NCBI GenBank assembly: GCA_000004695.1
Contig: CM000150.2
Coordinates: forward strand, 4,032,001-4,096,000
Direction: 5' to 3'
DNA: 64,000 nt
DNA from: Dictyostelium discoideum
Taxonomy: Eukaryota
Shown in pieces: positions 47,745-62,303 of this stretch; positions within the stretch are counted from its first letter, which is position 1, and the number at the start of each line of letters is the position of its first letter. The notes below the pieces were generated by a model. The model had not been told where the DNA came from. It made no database searches and saw nothing but the letters and a program-made list of their open reading frames with translations. Both the position numbers and the translations under genes were made by a program.

Positions 47745-48356
47745 TTAACTTGAAATTGATGGTGAGGTTTGATTTGATTTGATAGGTGTTATATCTTTTG
47801 TGCATGGATTTATATAACTTGTTTTATAAAGAATTTTATTATTATATGGATTAATTATACTAATGTCACTGCCACATCCTTTTGGAAAATTTAATAAAAA
47901 AGTTGATTTTTTTATATGTTGAACTTTAACAACTTTATTATAAATTACTTGATCAAGATCTTTTGAAAATATATAAATTTGAACAGGTTTTAACACTCTT
48001 TTACCATCAAAAAAGAATTGACCACGAAATTGTACATCTCCACCTGAATTTGGAATTTTTTCAATTGAATCAATCTCTTGGTCAAATGTAATTAATGGAC
48101 CACCATTAAATGATTGATCATGAAGTTTATGTTGATATTTTCTTGGATAAAAAAAGTGTTCACCTTGATCTTCAATTAATTCATATCTTAATAATTGATT
48201 ACTTAACGAGTGAAATGATATAATTTGATCTTTACCACATTCAATTATAACATTCGGACTAACCCCTTTAATTGGATAACATTTACCATTGACCCCAAAT
48301 TTGGTATAGTTAATATTAATTATTAAAATAATTAATAAAAATATAATTGTTTTCAT
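47745..48356 (-). CDS. Secreted/cell-surface hypothetical protein with a signal peptide
   Basis: The ORF begins with ATG at 48356. It has a hydrophobic N-terminus 'MKTIIFLLIILIININYTKF', several Cys, and a Ser-rich C-terminus. Confidence 0.55.
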   Translation of the reverse strand: MKTIIFLLIILIININYTKFGVNGKCYPIKGVSPNVIIECGKDQIISFHSLSNQLLRYELIEDQGEHFFYPRKYQHKLHDQSFNGGPLITFDQEIDSIEKIPNSGGDVQFRGQFFFDGKRVLKPVQIYIFSKDLDQVIYNKVVKVQHIKKSTFLLNFPKGCGSDISIINPYNNKILYKTSYINPCTKDITPIKSNQTSPSISS

Positions 48357-48380
48357 AATTTATTTTTATTAGTTTTATTT

Positions 48381-48389
48381 TTTATTATA

Positions 48390-48455
<66 letters not shown>

Positions 48456-48460
48456 ATTAT
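48381..48460 (+). repeat. (ATT)n microsatellite
   Basis: Seen directly in the sequence. Confidence 0.9.
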
Positions 48461-50407
48461 AATTAATATTATTATTATTATTTTTTTTTTAAAATTGCAA
48501 TCTTTAATTTTTATTTTATTTTATTTTATTTTATTTTATTTTATTTTATTTATTTTATAAAGTACAAAAAAAACAATACAATTATAAATAAATAAATAAA
48601 TATACGAAAAACTTAAAAAATAGAACAAAATTACTAATATCCAATAAATAATTTAAATTATTTTTTTTTTAAATTTTTAATTTTTGAAATAAAATAAAAA
48701 AAAAAAACAAAAACAATGATTTTTAGATATATTTTAAAAATAGAAAAAAGTAAAAAAATTTTAAATTGTTAAATTGATTTTTTGATTTTTATTTTAAAAA
48801 AAGAACGAATTAATAAAATTAACTTTTTTTTTTTTTTTAAATCTTTTTTTTTTTTTTTTTGTTTTAAGAAAAAAATAAAATAAAAAAAAATAAAATAATT
48901 AATAATATAAAATAAAAAATTTATTTTAAAACAATAATTGATTTGTGTTCTTACCCATAGTTCAAATTCTTCATATATTCAACACTAGATTATTCCAAAG
49001 GGTAGGTTATTTTAGTTGTTAAGTAAAAAATAATATAGAGTGGAGAGAGTAATATTAAATTAAAATATCATAAAAAATAGTAATTATGATTATTTGCATT
49101 TGATTCAAACACATACCAACATATAACCACATATATTTATACATTTAAAAAATGGAATTTTATTAAAAATTCATAAAAATAAATCTAAATAAAAAAATGA
49201 TGATTTTTCATATTTATCTTTCAAATTTTCAAAGGAAATAATAATGGTGGTGTAAAAAATGGTAAATGGTTTGGTAATTTTCGGAAAAATTATTCACACA
49301 CCCCACACACAAAAATAAAAAATATTTTTCATTCAAATCCAAGTAAATACCTCTAATACACATCCGATACCCCTTTTTTATCAATTTTATATAGATTATG
49401 AGAGATAAAAAAAGATATTTCTCTTTGTTTAAAATATTGACACACAAAAATAAATATACACACTCACATCGAATGAACATATTCAAATTATTTTCTTTTT
49501 AGCTTGTGTCCAGGTATAAAATTATTGTTTGTAAGTGTGTGAATGTGTGGGAATTTTATTGTGTCATGTAGTGAGTGATATTATAAAGAAAAATAATTTA
49601 AAAAATAAATAAAAAATAAATAATTTTATAAAATAAATAAAAAAATAAGATATATATGTGTGTGGTTATATATGTATTACTATTTTAAATCTTTTTTAAA
49701 AAAAAAGGTTTAAGTATTGTTGAATGTGGGTGAATGGGTGGGGGTGGGTTAATAAAAGGTGGTGTGTGTTTTTAAGTAATTTGTAAGATTACTCAGTTAT
49801 CTCATTCATGATGATATAAAAAAAAAAAAAATAAAAAAAAAAATGGTTTGGGGGTTATTTGTATATTTTCGGTAACATTGTTTAGAAATAAATATAAATG
49901 TGTGAAGTAATGATATATACATATTTTAGTATACAAAAAAAGGTATATTAATATGATTAAGTGTACATGAGAATATTGGAATTTTTTAAAATAGTATATT
50001 CATTAATTTTAATTTATATTTACTCATTGTATGAATAAATATATAAGCATATAAGTGGTCATTCATAATTTTCCAATTAATTTCTTTTTATTATTATTAT
50101 TATTAATATTATTATATTTTTTTAAAATTGTAATAATTATTTTAAAAATTCAAATAATGATGTTTGACTTAAATATATATTTAATTTTTTTTTATTTTTT
50201 TACTTTTTTTTTTTTTGTTGAAATTATTAATATATATGGGTACTATTAGTACTAATTGATTATTAATTGCTTGACTTTTTTTTTTTTTATATGACCAAAC
50301 TATTAAATTAAATTATTAATAATATTTGTAGTTTTAATTTTTAATTTTTTTTTTTTATTTATTTAATAATAACATTATTTTTTTATTTTTTTTATTTTTT
50401 TATTTAT

Positions 50408-53400
50408 TTATTCATCCATTTCATTATCTTCTTCTTCATCTTCATCTTCATCTTCAATTTCAGCAGGTAAAATATTAATATTTAATTCATGTTCTTGATC
50501 ACAACCATTATAAGAATCAGAGAAAAGATAAAGTGATAATTGATGTTTACCAACAGCAGGAGTTGGGAATTCAAATTTAACCTTTGTTTTCTTTAGGAAA
50601 GTGATTCTTTTGATTGCTAATAAATGATTATTCTTTGAATCACCAATTAAAGCCCACCAACCACAAATCTTTTCTTTTGGATAGTAAGGAGCAGAGACAA
50701 CATTGATTGAATCATTGATTTCGATTGGGTTTTCTTCATCATCACCTAAATCTCTTTCGATAACCATTTCAACCGTCATAATTGAGTCAGCATGTAAATC
50801 ATCTTCATCTTGAACTTGATAGGAGATATCGATATCAGGATATTTCATAAAGGATTGAACGAGATCATTTGATTCTTGTTGTGAGAGATCTAATAACTGT
50901 ATACGACTATTGTCATCCAATGACATTAAATCGAAAACACTTTCAATACCTTGAGATGTGATTGCATCGATACGACGTTTATTCATATGTGGTAATTGTT
51001 TGAAAACACTATCACTATCCCACATTGCTTGAGTGATCATTTGAGATAATTCCATAGCAGCAATTGCAGGTTGTAACCAACTATTACTTGAGATAACATC
51101 CACAATCGCTTGAAGTAAACGAGTTGCATTCTCTAATATGAATTTCTGATCTTGATAAAGGTCAGCAGAGATTGATTCTCTACTGAAATGACATTGAAGA
51201 AGTACATTAACTTTGGTTGAAATCTCTTGATAGTTTGGCTTATCAATCTTTTGAGGTAAATGTGAAGCTAGTTTCATCAAAATTTGATCCTCACGATGAC
51301 GAATTGGTAAAGAGTTAAACTCTGGTGCATTTGAAATAATATCCATGATACCTCTACGACGAGTGGTTGACTTTAATGATGAACCAAACAATTCGATAGT
51401 TTGATATTTAAGATAGTAATAACTTGCAATGATACCTAAATTCAATGGGGAAACTTTATCTTGATCGTCTTGAATGGTGATACAATTTGATTGTTCTAAC
51501 TCCACCAATGTATTTTCAACCAATTCTGAAAGATGTTCAGATAGATGTAAATGTGATACACCGGATAGATTGTAATAATTTGGGTTTTGATTTAAACGAC
51601 GATATAAGAAAGTCCAAGTTAGGTAATCCAAAGCATCTTGTTTCTTTGTGATGGTTTTAGTTACAATCTCTGAATTGAATTGATCATGTAAACAATGATC
51701 TAAATGTGATTCAACTGGTAATGGTTCATTTAAAAACATTTTGTAATACTCTTTCTTTGGTGCATGACATAGTAATAAAACTTTGGCAACTTTATTACTA
51801 ATGACACCACCACCCTCTTGTTTGCCAGCACGACCAATCATTTGTAGGATATCATTGATTGGATAATCAATGTATCTAATGTCTTTGCCTTGATATAATT
51901 GTGTACCCATAATAACTACCAATTGTGCAAAAACATTATCTAATAACCATGCGACTGAATGAGTTGCAATCAATACTCTTATTGAACCAGATCTAAATAG
52001 AATTTCAACTACACGTCTTTCTCTTTCGGTTAAACCATCATGATAGAATGCAACACCCATTTGAAGTGATTGTTTCAATGCAAATGAATCAACATCCTCT
52101 AGATAGGGTGTCAATACATGTTCTTCACAAACTAGATATGGTTTAGTTAAAGTATCCTCGAATGAACTAACATTTGCAATGATATCGGCTGCTAATGATC
52201 TTGATAACTTTCTTGTTGGTACGAATACAATTGATTGTTGATTCTTATTTTTGGCAACTTCATAAACTGTTGGTTTTGTCATTGCCAACATTCTTGCATT
52301 GAAATGTGGGAATTCGAAACCTTGAATTTGATATTCCACTGGTATTGGACGAACATTTGGATGGAAATTATAACAAGTTTGTGGTGTTGCACCAATCCAT
52401 AATACTAAATCTCTAGCGTTGGCAATGGAAGAGGATAAAGCAATCACACGAAGTGCATTACCAGTTTGTGTTGAAATGTAACGCATTCTTGAAACGACAA
52501 TCTCCATTGTTGGACCATATTCACCACCAATTAAATGTAATTCATCAACAATCAATAGATTGATAGATTGTAAAGCTTTACGTTGTTTCCATTTTCTAGA
52601 GAGGATATCCCATTTCTCACAATTTGTAACGATAATATTTGAACGATCTAAAATTTTATTATCAGTAACTGCATCACCAGTTAAATCAGAAACTACCAAA
52701 CCAAATGGTGATTTCACACCAAATTTGTTTGACCAATCCTTTAATCTAACAGAAGCTAAATCTTGCATTGGTGCTAAATAAACAACCTTTGCTTTTGGAT
52801 TTTGTTTGAAACATCTAATCAAAGCAATCTCTGCACAAACGGTTTTACCACTATTGGTTGGTGCAGAAATGAATGCATTATCATTGGATTGATACATACA
52901 ATTGAAGACTTGAGTTTGAATTGCATTGAAAATGGAGAAAGTTGGCTTAAAGATTGATTCAGCTTTTGGATCTTTTAAAACTTGAATTGGTAATGGTTGA
53001 AGATCTAACAAAGGTCTACATGGTGGATATTTCTCTGGTAAAATTAAATGTTGGAAACTGATTGGTAATGAATATTCTGCACCAATCCAATGATCACTAA
53101 TAACACGTACATAATATTGTGGTGGTAATGGTTGTGATAATGGTACGGTGAAACTAACCAATTGATCCTCACCATTGACCATCTTTTTCTTTAATGAGAA
53201 ATACTCAAAGTATAGAATTCTCTCACCATCCACATCCTCAACTATAATCCACCAACCGATTGAATTGTTATGATAACGTTCATCATACTGAAAATCGGGA
53301 GTAATTGATAATTCAACCCTTAAAAGGCCATGTAAAATTGGTTGAACATGTGCAGTTAAATCTAATTTTGGGAAATTATGAATTAAATCGAATAATTGTT

Positions 53401-56400
53401 TACCTTCGGATGGATTTTGAATTGCATTACCAAGTTGTTGAGAATTATATTCGTAGAGATCTTCAATTGGGATACCTCTTCTCTCGAGTTGATTCAATAC
53501 TTTTGGAGAGATCTTGTGGAATTGACGTAGTGGTGATTGTGATGACCACATTTTACTATCGATCATTTTTGCAAGGTTAAGTATTTTCTTTGCCAATTGT
53601 GCCCAACCTTTCTTTAGAACAATTTCAAACAATGCTCTTGTAATACGTGATGCAGATTGTGCAATATAAAACATATCGACCACCAATGCAAAACCATCCA
53701 ATTTCAAATTACTAATATAGGTTTGTAATAAAACATTGATCTTTGAGGAAGGTTCTTCTATATTCTCTTTGATTGGAATTGGTACACGTTCTAGTAATTT
53801 CTCTAATTCGAATTTTTCACCCTCTCTAACAACGACATTTTTAAATTCTGAAGAGAGTGAGAAAACACGAAGTAATTCGATATCAGACATTGAAGGTTTC
53901 AAATGTTCTTGATAGATTGACATTGATGAATTGGTGATATAATAATGTGATGCGACTTTACCCAATTCTGTCGATTGTAATTTACCTGATTTTCTATCAT
54001 ACTTTATGAGGGAATTCTTTTCTAAAATAGTTGCAGCTGAATGAACTAAATCTAGACGACGTTGTTCCAACAATGGGTCCTTTTCAAAGTCATCATAGGA
54101 TATCTCGTAAAGTGGTGGATTTCTAATCATACAAATGTAAAGATAAGTATAGCCTAACCAATTTACAGCATCACGTACGGTTTGAATTGAACCCAATACA
54201 ATCTCTGCATTTAAATTATCGGCTATTCTACTAATGAATTGACTCTCGATTGAGAGTTGAGTATTTAACAAAGAGAGATAGAATTGAAGTTCATGTTGAC
54301 TAGTGATAATTATACCCTCACCTTCTTTATCAAAAGGTGGACGACCTGCTCTACCCAACATTTGAGTTACATCCAATGGTGATAATTCACACCAACCTTT
54401 CTCTGGATTATAAATTTGTGTACCTTTGATGATTACAGTATGTGCTGGTAAATTTACACCCCATGCTAAAGTAGCAGTTGAAATGAGTACTTGAATTCTA
54501 TTATCCCCGAAAAGATCTTCAACCAATGAACGATCGGATCTTGATAGACCAGCATGATGTATACCAATACCATAGGGTAAAAGATCTTTTAACTCTGCAT
54601 TTTGAATTTGTTTTGATGCTGTTGCTCTCAAGATCTCTCTAGATGCTGGATCTCTAATATATCTATCTATCGATTGATCTTCGACGGCACGATCACGTAA
54701 ATCCTTACCTGTCTTTGCAGTTTCACGACGAGAATGAACGAAAATTAATATTTGATGATCACCAACTCTTTCTGATACTTTTGTGAATGTAATGTCATTG
54801 CAACGTTGTAATTGTTTAATACCTCTATCAGAGATACCAATGTATTGTTGCTCCAATGGTATTGGTCTATAGGATGAGTCAAAGTAGAACACACCATCGG
54901 GTTCAACACGTAAAAAGGTTGCAACATCTTCATAGTTTGGTAATGTAGCTGATAAACCAACCAAACGTACCATTTGTTGAGTTGATTCAATCATACGCAA
55001 TGTTCTTGCAACGATGCACTCCAACACAGGTCCTCTTTCATCATGAAGTAAATGAATCTCATCGATAATGATTAACTTCACCAATTGAGTGTATGCACGG
55101 TCACCTGACTTTCTAGTGATAATATCCCATTTCTCTGGTGTTGTCACAATGATTTGAGTCTCTGAGATTTGTTTATTAGTTAATGATTGATCACCAGTGA
55201 GCTCATTCACTACGATGCCATAGGATTTCAAACGTTTACTGAAATTACCCACCATCTCCTGTACGAGTGATTTCATTGGTGCAATGTAAACAATCTTAAA
55301 GGCATCCAATCTGATCTTACCACTATCTCTATCACGATTCTTTCCAATTTCATGTAGAATAGTTAACATTGCAACATTAGTCTTACCACTCGACGTTGGT
55401 GCACTCAACAATAAATTATTATCAGTCTTGAATGCACAATCAAATAATTTACTTTGAACTCTATTTAAACTCTTTACACCAGACTCTTCAAATGGTAATC
55501 TTGACCATTCTGGTAACTCCTCAATCGATATCAAACGTTCATTTGGATTAAATGGTGGATTTGCTCTTGCTGGTACATGAATCTCTTCAAATCCTTTATA
55601 TTGTTCACGTTTACTACCTTTTGGAAATTTAAATTCTTTATTTGTCATTAAATGACTACCTTGTTGAAATGATAATTCTTCTAAATTTAATAATTTTTTT
55701 GGTTTTTTAATTTCATCTTGTTGTTGTTGTTGTTGTTGTTTCATTTCAACATCTTTTTTATTTGATTCTGTTTTTTCTATTGTTTTTTCTGTTGTTGCTG
55801 CTGTAACTTCATTACCCTTTAATCTATTCAATATACTTAATGTTACTGGATTACTTGACATTTCATCTTCAATTTTTTTTCTTTCTTGATCGTTCTCTGC
55901 TTTTGCTAATAATGTACAATATAAAACTAAAAAAAAAAAAAATGTTAGTAAAAAAAAATTAATAAATTTTAATAAAATCAATTTGAAAAAAAATACTTAC
56001 TAGTTTGTTTATTATTTATAATTAATTTTAAAAAATCTAATTTATCAATTGTAAAAAGGTCAACTAATTGTTGTTCACATCTTCTAACATTTGGTTGACG
56101 TAAAATATTTAAAGTTTTCTCTGCTAATTGTTTTGATAAATCATGATCTCTTTCAAATTCACTAATTTTTCTTTGAATCCAAAATGAATCGATTTCATTT
56201 GGACTAATTAATTTACTATTATTATTTTTATCATCTTTTGTATTTTTTGTATCTGGTTTTTGTGATTTATTATTATTATTATTATTCTCTTTAATTTTTT
56301 GATTTTCATCATCATCATTATTATTTTCATCTTTAGTTTGAATTTCAGAATCTTGAGCTTCACTATCATTATTATTATTATCATCAACTTCATTATTATC

Positions 56401-57294
56401 AACATCATCATCATCATCATCATCATCTCTAATTTCAAAATCACTTAAATTCTCTTCTTCCTCTTCTTCATCAATAATGACAGCAACACCTTGCTCATCA
56501 TCTAAAGAATCCATTGATTGTTGTTGTTGCTGTTGTTGTTGTTGTTTTGCTAATTCGCTATCTTTGAAATCTGTAATTTGTTTACCAAGTTGAGTTAATT
56601 CAGCAAATGATACATCATTTAAACCTTTTAATAATTTTGAAATTTCAATTTTCTTTTCAGGTGCACGAATTGTATCGTCCTTTAAGATTGATAAAATTTC
56701 ATCCAATGCGCCTTTAACGACTTCAGTTGGTTGATCACCAACATAACGTTGAATAAATGTTAATAATGTTTCATAGGTTATACGAGTTTCTTTGGTTTTT
56801 GGTTTATATAATCCTTGAAATGATTCAGTTGCTGATAAAATATCAATTGGTTTTTCATTATTATTATTACCATTGGATTTTCTATTGGTTGATTTCTTTT
56901 CCAATGGATTTTGATTCTTTACTTTTTTAGTGGTTGAATAGGTATCATTGGATGAATTTACATCACCACCTTCCTTTTCAATGGTTTTTCTCTTTAAATT
57001 TTGCATCTTTTCTAATAATTCCAAAGGTTTTGAGTAGTTAACTCTATCTCCCATTTCACCTCTTAATCTACCCCATAATGTTTCTGGTTCACCCTTTGGT
57101 TCTTTTAATTCACTTCTATTTCTTTCTGAATAAAATACTAAATTTGAATTCTAAAAAAAAATAAAGAATAAAAATAAAAATAAAAATAATTAAAATTAAA
57201 ATTTATAAGTTGAGAGTTAAAAAAAAAAATAAAAAAAATAAATACTTACTTCTTTATATCCATATTGTTTTGATCTTGCTAATTCTTCAGACAT
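50408..57294 (-). CDS. brr2: Pre-mRNA-splicing helicase Brr2 (U5 snRNP 200 kDa helicase, SNRNP200 homologue). Exon model is join(57250..57294,56001..57150,50408..55926).
   Basis: It is colinear with human SNRNP200 throughout, with two Ski2-like helicase plus Sec63 cassettes. Shared blocks include 'EELPEWSRLPFEESGVKSLNRVQSKLFDCAFKTDNNLLLSAPTSSGKTNVAML', 'IVTTPEKWDIITRK', 'TATLAWGVNLPAHTVIIKGTQIY' and 'SIGWWIIVEDVDGERILYFEYF'. Exon 1 'MSEELARSKQYGYKE' (human 'MADVTARSLQYEYKA') is followed by GTAAGT. Exon 2 begins 'NSNLVFYSERNRSELKEPKGEPETLWGRLRGEMGDR' (human 'NSNLVLQADR...EPTGE..GTRMGDK'). A phase-1 intron (GTAAGT at 55995-56000, acceptor at 55927/55928) precedes '..ILYCTLLAKAEN'. Confidence 0.9.
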
Positions 57295-57971
57295 GTTTTT
57301 TAAGTGAAAAAAAATTAATTAATTAATTAATAAAAAAACAATGTCCTATTTGTTTGTTTATAAATAAAAAAAACAAATATGTTGAAATGAAATTTTTTAA
57401 AATTTTCTGAAATAAAAAAAAAAAAAAAATGGAAATTAAAAAAAATAAAAAAAAAAAAAAAAAAATTTAAAACAACGGTTTTTCATTTGTTGAATTTTTT
57501 CAAATGTGATCTTGAACTTCCCCATTTCTGTTTTTAAAATTTTTTTTTTAATTATCTTATTAAATTTTTTTCTTTTTTTCATAATTTAAAATTTTTCTTT
57601 TTTGGAATAATAATAATAATAAAACATTGGAAAAAAAGGTTTATAATAAATTTAATTTGGTTATCCTTACATTTTTTTTATTTTTATTTAACATTTCTTT
57701 ATTTAAAAAAAAAAAAAAAAAATAATAAAACTAAAATTAATAAAAAAGGAAAATAAAAAAAAAAAGGATTTAATAACAATTTCATTGCAACCATCAATAA
57801 ACGAATCGGGAAATTAAAAATAAACAAAAAAATAAAAATAATTCAAAAATAAAAAAAAATAAAATAAAAAAAAAAAAATTAAAAAAAAAAAAAAAAAAAA
57901 AAAAATCGCATTTTCATTAATTAAAAAAAAAAAAAAAAGCCCAATAATTATAGTTTTTATATATATATATA

Positions 57972-60037
57972 ATGAACAATGAAAACATAGAATCAATGGA
58001 TATTGAGCCTCCACCACCACCACCTTCACCACCACTTACAACAATAACATCATCATCATCGTCATTATCATTATCTTCATCATCATCAAACTTTAACAAA
58101 GAAGAATTAAAACTTTGGGTTGGTAGTTTACCAGATGAAGTAACAGAGTTAGAATTAAGAGAATTCTTTTCAAAATATTCAATTAACGAAATTAAATTAA
58201 CAGAGAATTCAAGTATACAAAAACAAAATGCATTTGTAACATTTTTCGATAAAGAATCAGCAAATAGAGCACGTGAAGAATTATCTCAACAATTATTTAA
58301 AAATCAAAGATTAAAAATCAATTGGGCAAGTGTAAAACCACAAAAATATTCTGATATGCCTGTAATAACAACAACAACAACGCCAACACCAACAACACCA
58401 CCATTAACAGCAACAGCAATAGCAATACCAACAACAACAGTATCAACACCACCTCATCATATTTCACAATTACATACGAAAACAATTCATATGGACCCAT
58501 ATAATAGTTTGAGTCATTATGGTACGGGTATTCATCATCATTATACTCATCCACAACCACCACAAACATTTTCAACTGGTTATCATTCAGTTTATTATGG
58601 TAATAAAGAAACTAGTGGTAAAGATAGTACTGAAACTAATAACTCCTCTGTAAATAATAAAGCATACCCACCAACACCACCAACCACAGTTTACCACCAC
58701 CACCACCACCACCACCACCACAAATGACAACAACATCAACAACAACTGTTGTATCAACACCACCACCACCTCATACACATCCACATACACATACACATCC
58801 ACACCCACACCCACATCCTCATTCATACCCTTACACTCATCAACATCATCCTCCCCCTCCTATTCCTATGCCCATTCCTATTCCTCTTCATCACCATCCA
58901 CATCATCCACATCATCCTCATCACCCTTCACCACCACCACCACCACCACCGCCACATTCATCACTTCATCATCATAGTAGTCATCATAGTAATCATCATC
59001 CAAAAATAATAAGTGATAATGATCCATATGTAAATAAAAAATTATTTTTGGGATCACTTGGTGATGAACCTGAAGAAGAAGTGCGTTATAGGTTTAGTAG
59101 ATTTGGTGAGATCGATTGTTTCGATTTAACAAGTAAAGGTGTCGCATTTGTTCGTTATTTAAAGACTGAGAGTGCAATTATTGCAAAAAGAGAATTGGGA
59201 TATAGATATAAGATACAATACGATAAAAGAGAACCAAGAGATCATTATCATTTCGATCCAAATGGACCATCTTCGTTCATTAGTGGTGGTGCTAGTCAAT
59301 ATTATGGTCCTGATTATTATTCTAAACAACAACAACAACCACAACAACAACCACAACAACCACCACTTTCATCTTCGACTTCGTCATCATTGTCATCATC
59401 TTCTTCACATCCAACACCACCACAACCATTACCATTACCATTACCACCATTACCACCAACGTCATCATCTTCCTTATCTACATTTTATAATGAACCTTTA
59501 TCAACAGAGGAATATAATCAATTTTTATTATTTTTAGAAAAATTACAACCAACTAGATCATTAATTAAAGTTTGTATATTCAAAAATAGTTTTAAATTAT
59601 TATTATCATCATCATTATTATTATTATTATAATTATTATCATCATAAATCCTAATATATATATGTACAACCCCACACATTCAAATATAGGAATCAAAAGA
59701 TTGGTTTATTTTACATTTAAAGAGTGGTAAACCAATAATTCAATTAATGAGCAAATATATTAATAATCAATTAACATTGACAACCGTTCAAAATAAGATT
59801 GAAATCATCTATTTAATCAATGATATTCTTTATTTTGGTGCATCAAGAAGGGGAAGTGAACAAAGTGATCAAATCTCTGATTTATTTGAACCATTTCTAC
59901 CAATTATTATTACTTCTTTCTCTAAAGAACCAATTCAAGTTCAACAAAAATTATTTCATGTATTGGATATTTGGGATTCAAGATATTTTTATCCTTATAA
60001 AGTTATTCAACATTTTAAAAATTTATTAAATAAATAA
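57972..60037 (+). CDS. RNA-binding protein with two RRMs, His/Pro-rich linkers and a C-terminal CID (RPR)-like domain. As sequenced it is split into 57972..58727 and 58724..59569 by a frame change, followed by a final exon at 59690..60037.
   Basis: RRM1 is 'KLWVGSLPDEVTELELREFFSKYSINEIKL...NAFVTFFDKESANRAREEL'. RRM2 is 'KLFLGSLGDEPEEEVRYRFSRFGEIDCFDLTSKGVAFVRYL'. The CID-like region 'EEYNQFLLFLEKLQPTRSLIK|ESKDWFILHLKSGKPIIQL...IYLINDILYFGASRRGSEQSDQISDLFEPFL...HVLDIWDSRYFY' matches the RPRD/Pcf11 CID pattern (L..W..H...; LYLANDV.Q.S.RKG.EF; RVL.IWEER.VY). The proposed last intron has a weak GTTTGT donor at 59570 and an atatag acceptor at 59689, and is phase 0. Confidence 0.6.
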
Positions 60038-60099
60038 AATAAAAATAAAAATAATAATAATAATATCTTTACCATTATCATTTGTATTTGATTTTAAAT

Positions 60100-60131
<32 letters not shown>

Positions 60132-60197
60132 TATTACTATTAAAATAATTTATATGTATTGTTTTTTTTTTTATTTCTTTTTTTTTTTTTTTTTATA

Positions 60198-60792
60198 AAT
60201 ATGATACTGTTAGTGGTACATCATTGGTATGACCCATTGATACAACACTATCTAACATCATTGTATATAAATATAAAATTTTTTCTACTGATTCAGGACT
60301 TTTAGCCCAAATTGATTCCTCGTTTGAATCAATTTCTAATACCAATTGATAAGTACCATTTGGGAATTCTAAATTTGTACGACCTTCTTTACAACCTACA
60401 ATACTATCTTTTGATAAAGCTAAATCAATTGGACAATCATTGAAACCAATTGATGGTAATAATTCAGTCTTTAAACGTGTTAAAGCCTCTTTTAATAATA
60501 AACATTTTCTTACATTATCACCATTTTCATTAACGCTATTATTATTACTATTATTATTATTATCTTCATTTGTATTGATCCAATTTGTAAATTCTTTATT
60601 TTTATCATTACCAACTGTCGTTATAAAAATTTTATCAAAATCACAATCTGCTTTAACTTTACCAGTTGTTAATAATCTATCTAATGTTGAATGAATACTT
60701 TCAAAAGAAAATGTAAATTCGCTTGATAATTTAATTGGTGTCTAAATTAATTATTATTATTATTATTTTTATAATTAGGATAAATTAATAAA

Positions 60793-60832
<40 letters not shown>

Positions 60833-61572
60833 ATAATATTAAATTTAATATTATTATAATTATTTACTTTAATTTTTAAAATGAATGATGGTTCATTATC
60901 TTTATTTTGTGGTTCAATTCTTTCAACGATTGTACTAATCCATTGATTTTTATAAAGTATATGAATTGGACCAATTGAAGTATCGTCATCAGTTAATACT
61001 GGGAAATCTCTTTCATCTCCATTATCATCAGTTCTAAAGAGTTTATTTTCTTTTTCTTTTTCTTTTTCTAATCTTTCCTTTTCTATTTGTTCTTCTTGTT
61101 TTTGCTCTGTTACATATTGATCTTTAGCTGAAATCATCTCTTTAATTAATTGTTTTCTACTTGCTGATAATGGTAAATTTAAATCTAATTTATATTGTGA
61201 TTGTGGTGTTGAAGTTGGCTGTTTTTGTTTTTGTTGTTGTAATAAAATTGCTCTTTCATCTTCATATTTAATTGGTTTAATTAGTGATGATTCTATTCTT
61301 TTTCCAACTAATTTACAACTTAAAACACACCAACATTTTGGTTTTGGTGGTATTGAAGTGGTTGGTATATCTAAAATATTTGGAGTTGCTGTTGATGGTG
61401 ATGATGTTATTGGTGGTGGTGTTTGTTGTTTATTCTTTGGGTCAACTTCTTCATCCAAGTGTGGTGAGGTTGATGTACTACTAAAATCTCTTTTTGTATT
61501 GATTGTATTATTAAAAAATTTATTTGAATTAATTTTTAATTTTCTAATTTTTATTATGTTATTACTAATCAT
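60198..61572 (-). CDS. Hypothetical protein. Exon model is join(60848..61572,60198..60742).
   Basis: The upstream ORF ends '..EPSFILKIK' at a GTAAAT donor. The acceptor 'aatttag' at 60743 continues in frame with 'TPIKLSSEFTFSFESIHSTLDRLL...VRKCLLLKEALTRLKTELLPSIGFNDCPIDLAL...VEKILYLYTMMLDSVVSMGHTNDVPLTVSYL*'. It is coding-like throughout. No family is recognised. Confidence 0.5.
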
Positions 61573-61668
61573 TTTATATAAATGTATATATTGTTTTATT
61601 TACAAATATCAAATATCAAAAAAAAAAAAAAATTATGAAAAAAAGAAAAGTTTTTTTTTTTAAAATTG

Positions 61669-61711
<43 letters not shown>

Positions 61712-62260
61712 TAAAAATTATGTATTTGTTTCTTATTTACACCCTTATTTGAAACATTTTTTTTATATTTTTTTTATTTTTTTATTTTTTTTTTTTATTT
61801 TTTTTTTATATTTACTTTATAATATAAAAATTGTTGTTATATTCAAAAAAAAATTATTTGCACTATAATTGGAAAAAAAAAAATGAAAATTAAAAAAAAA
61901 AAAAAACAAATAATTAATTAATTTAATAAATTTTTTTTTTTTTTTTCTTTTTTTATTATAATCATTAAAATAGAAAAATATATATTTTTGATTTATTAGA
62001 TATATTGTATCTAAAATGTGTGCCATAAATCTTTTTTTTTTTTTATTTTAATTTTCATTTTTTTTTTAATTTTTTTTTTTAATTTATACATTTGTTATTT
62101 CTAGGAAATCAAAATAATTTAATATTTAAATCATAGTTTAAAAAAAATAAAAAAATAAAAAACATTTTTTTAAAAAATTTTCAAAACTAACAAATAATTA
62201 ATTCCCACAGCAACATTATTACTTAATTCAGTAAGGGATCTTTTTTTTTTTTACACACAA

Positions 62261-62300
<40 letters not shown>

Positions 62301-62303
<3 letters not shown>

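Noticed and set aside
49229-49486. Minus-strand 85-aa ORF in the GT-rich region upstream of brr2's 3' end
   Set aside because: It has Cys/Leu-rich low-complexity composition from GT repeats ('gtgtgtg'). It has no start context and no homology-like pattern.
57121-57150. Apparent in-frame stop/frameshift at the start of brr2 exon 2
   Set aside because: It came from my own mis-registration of a line by one base. On re-reading, 'gaaagaaatag' gives a continuous 'NSNLVFYSERNRSELKEPKGE' frame, so there is no frameshift.
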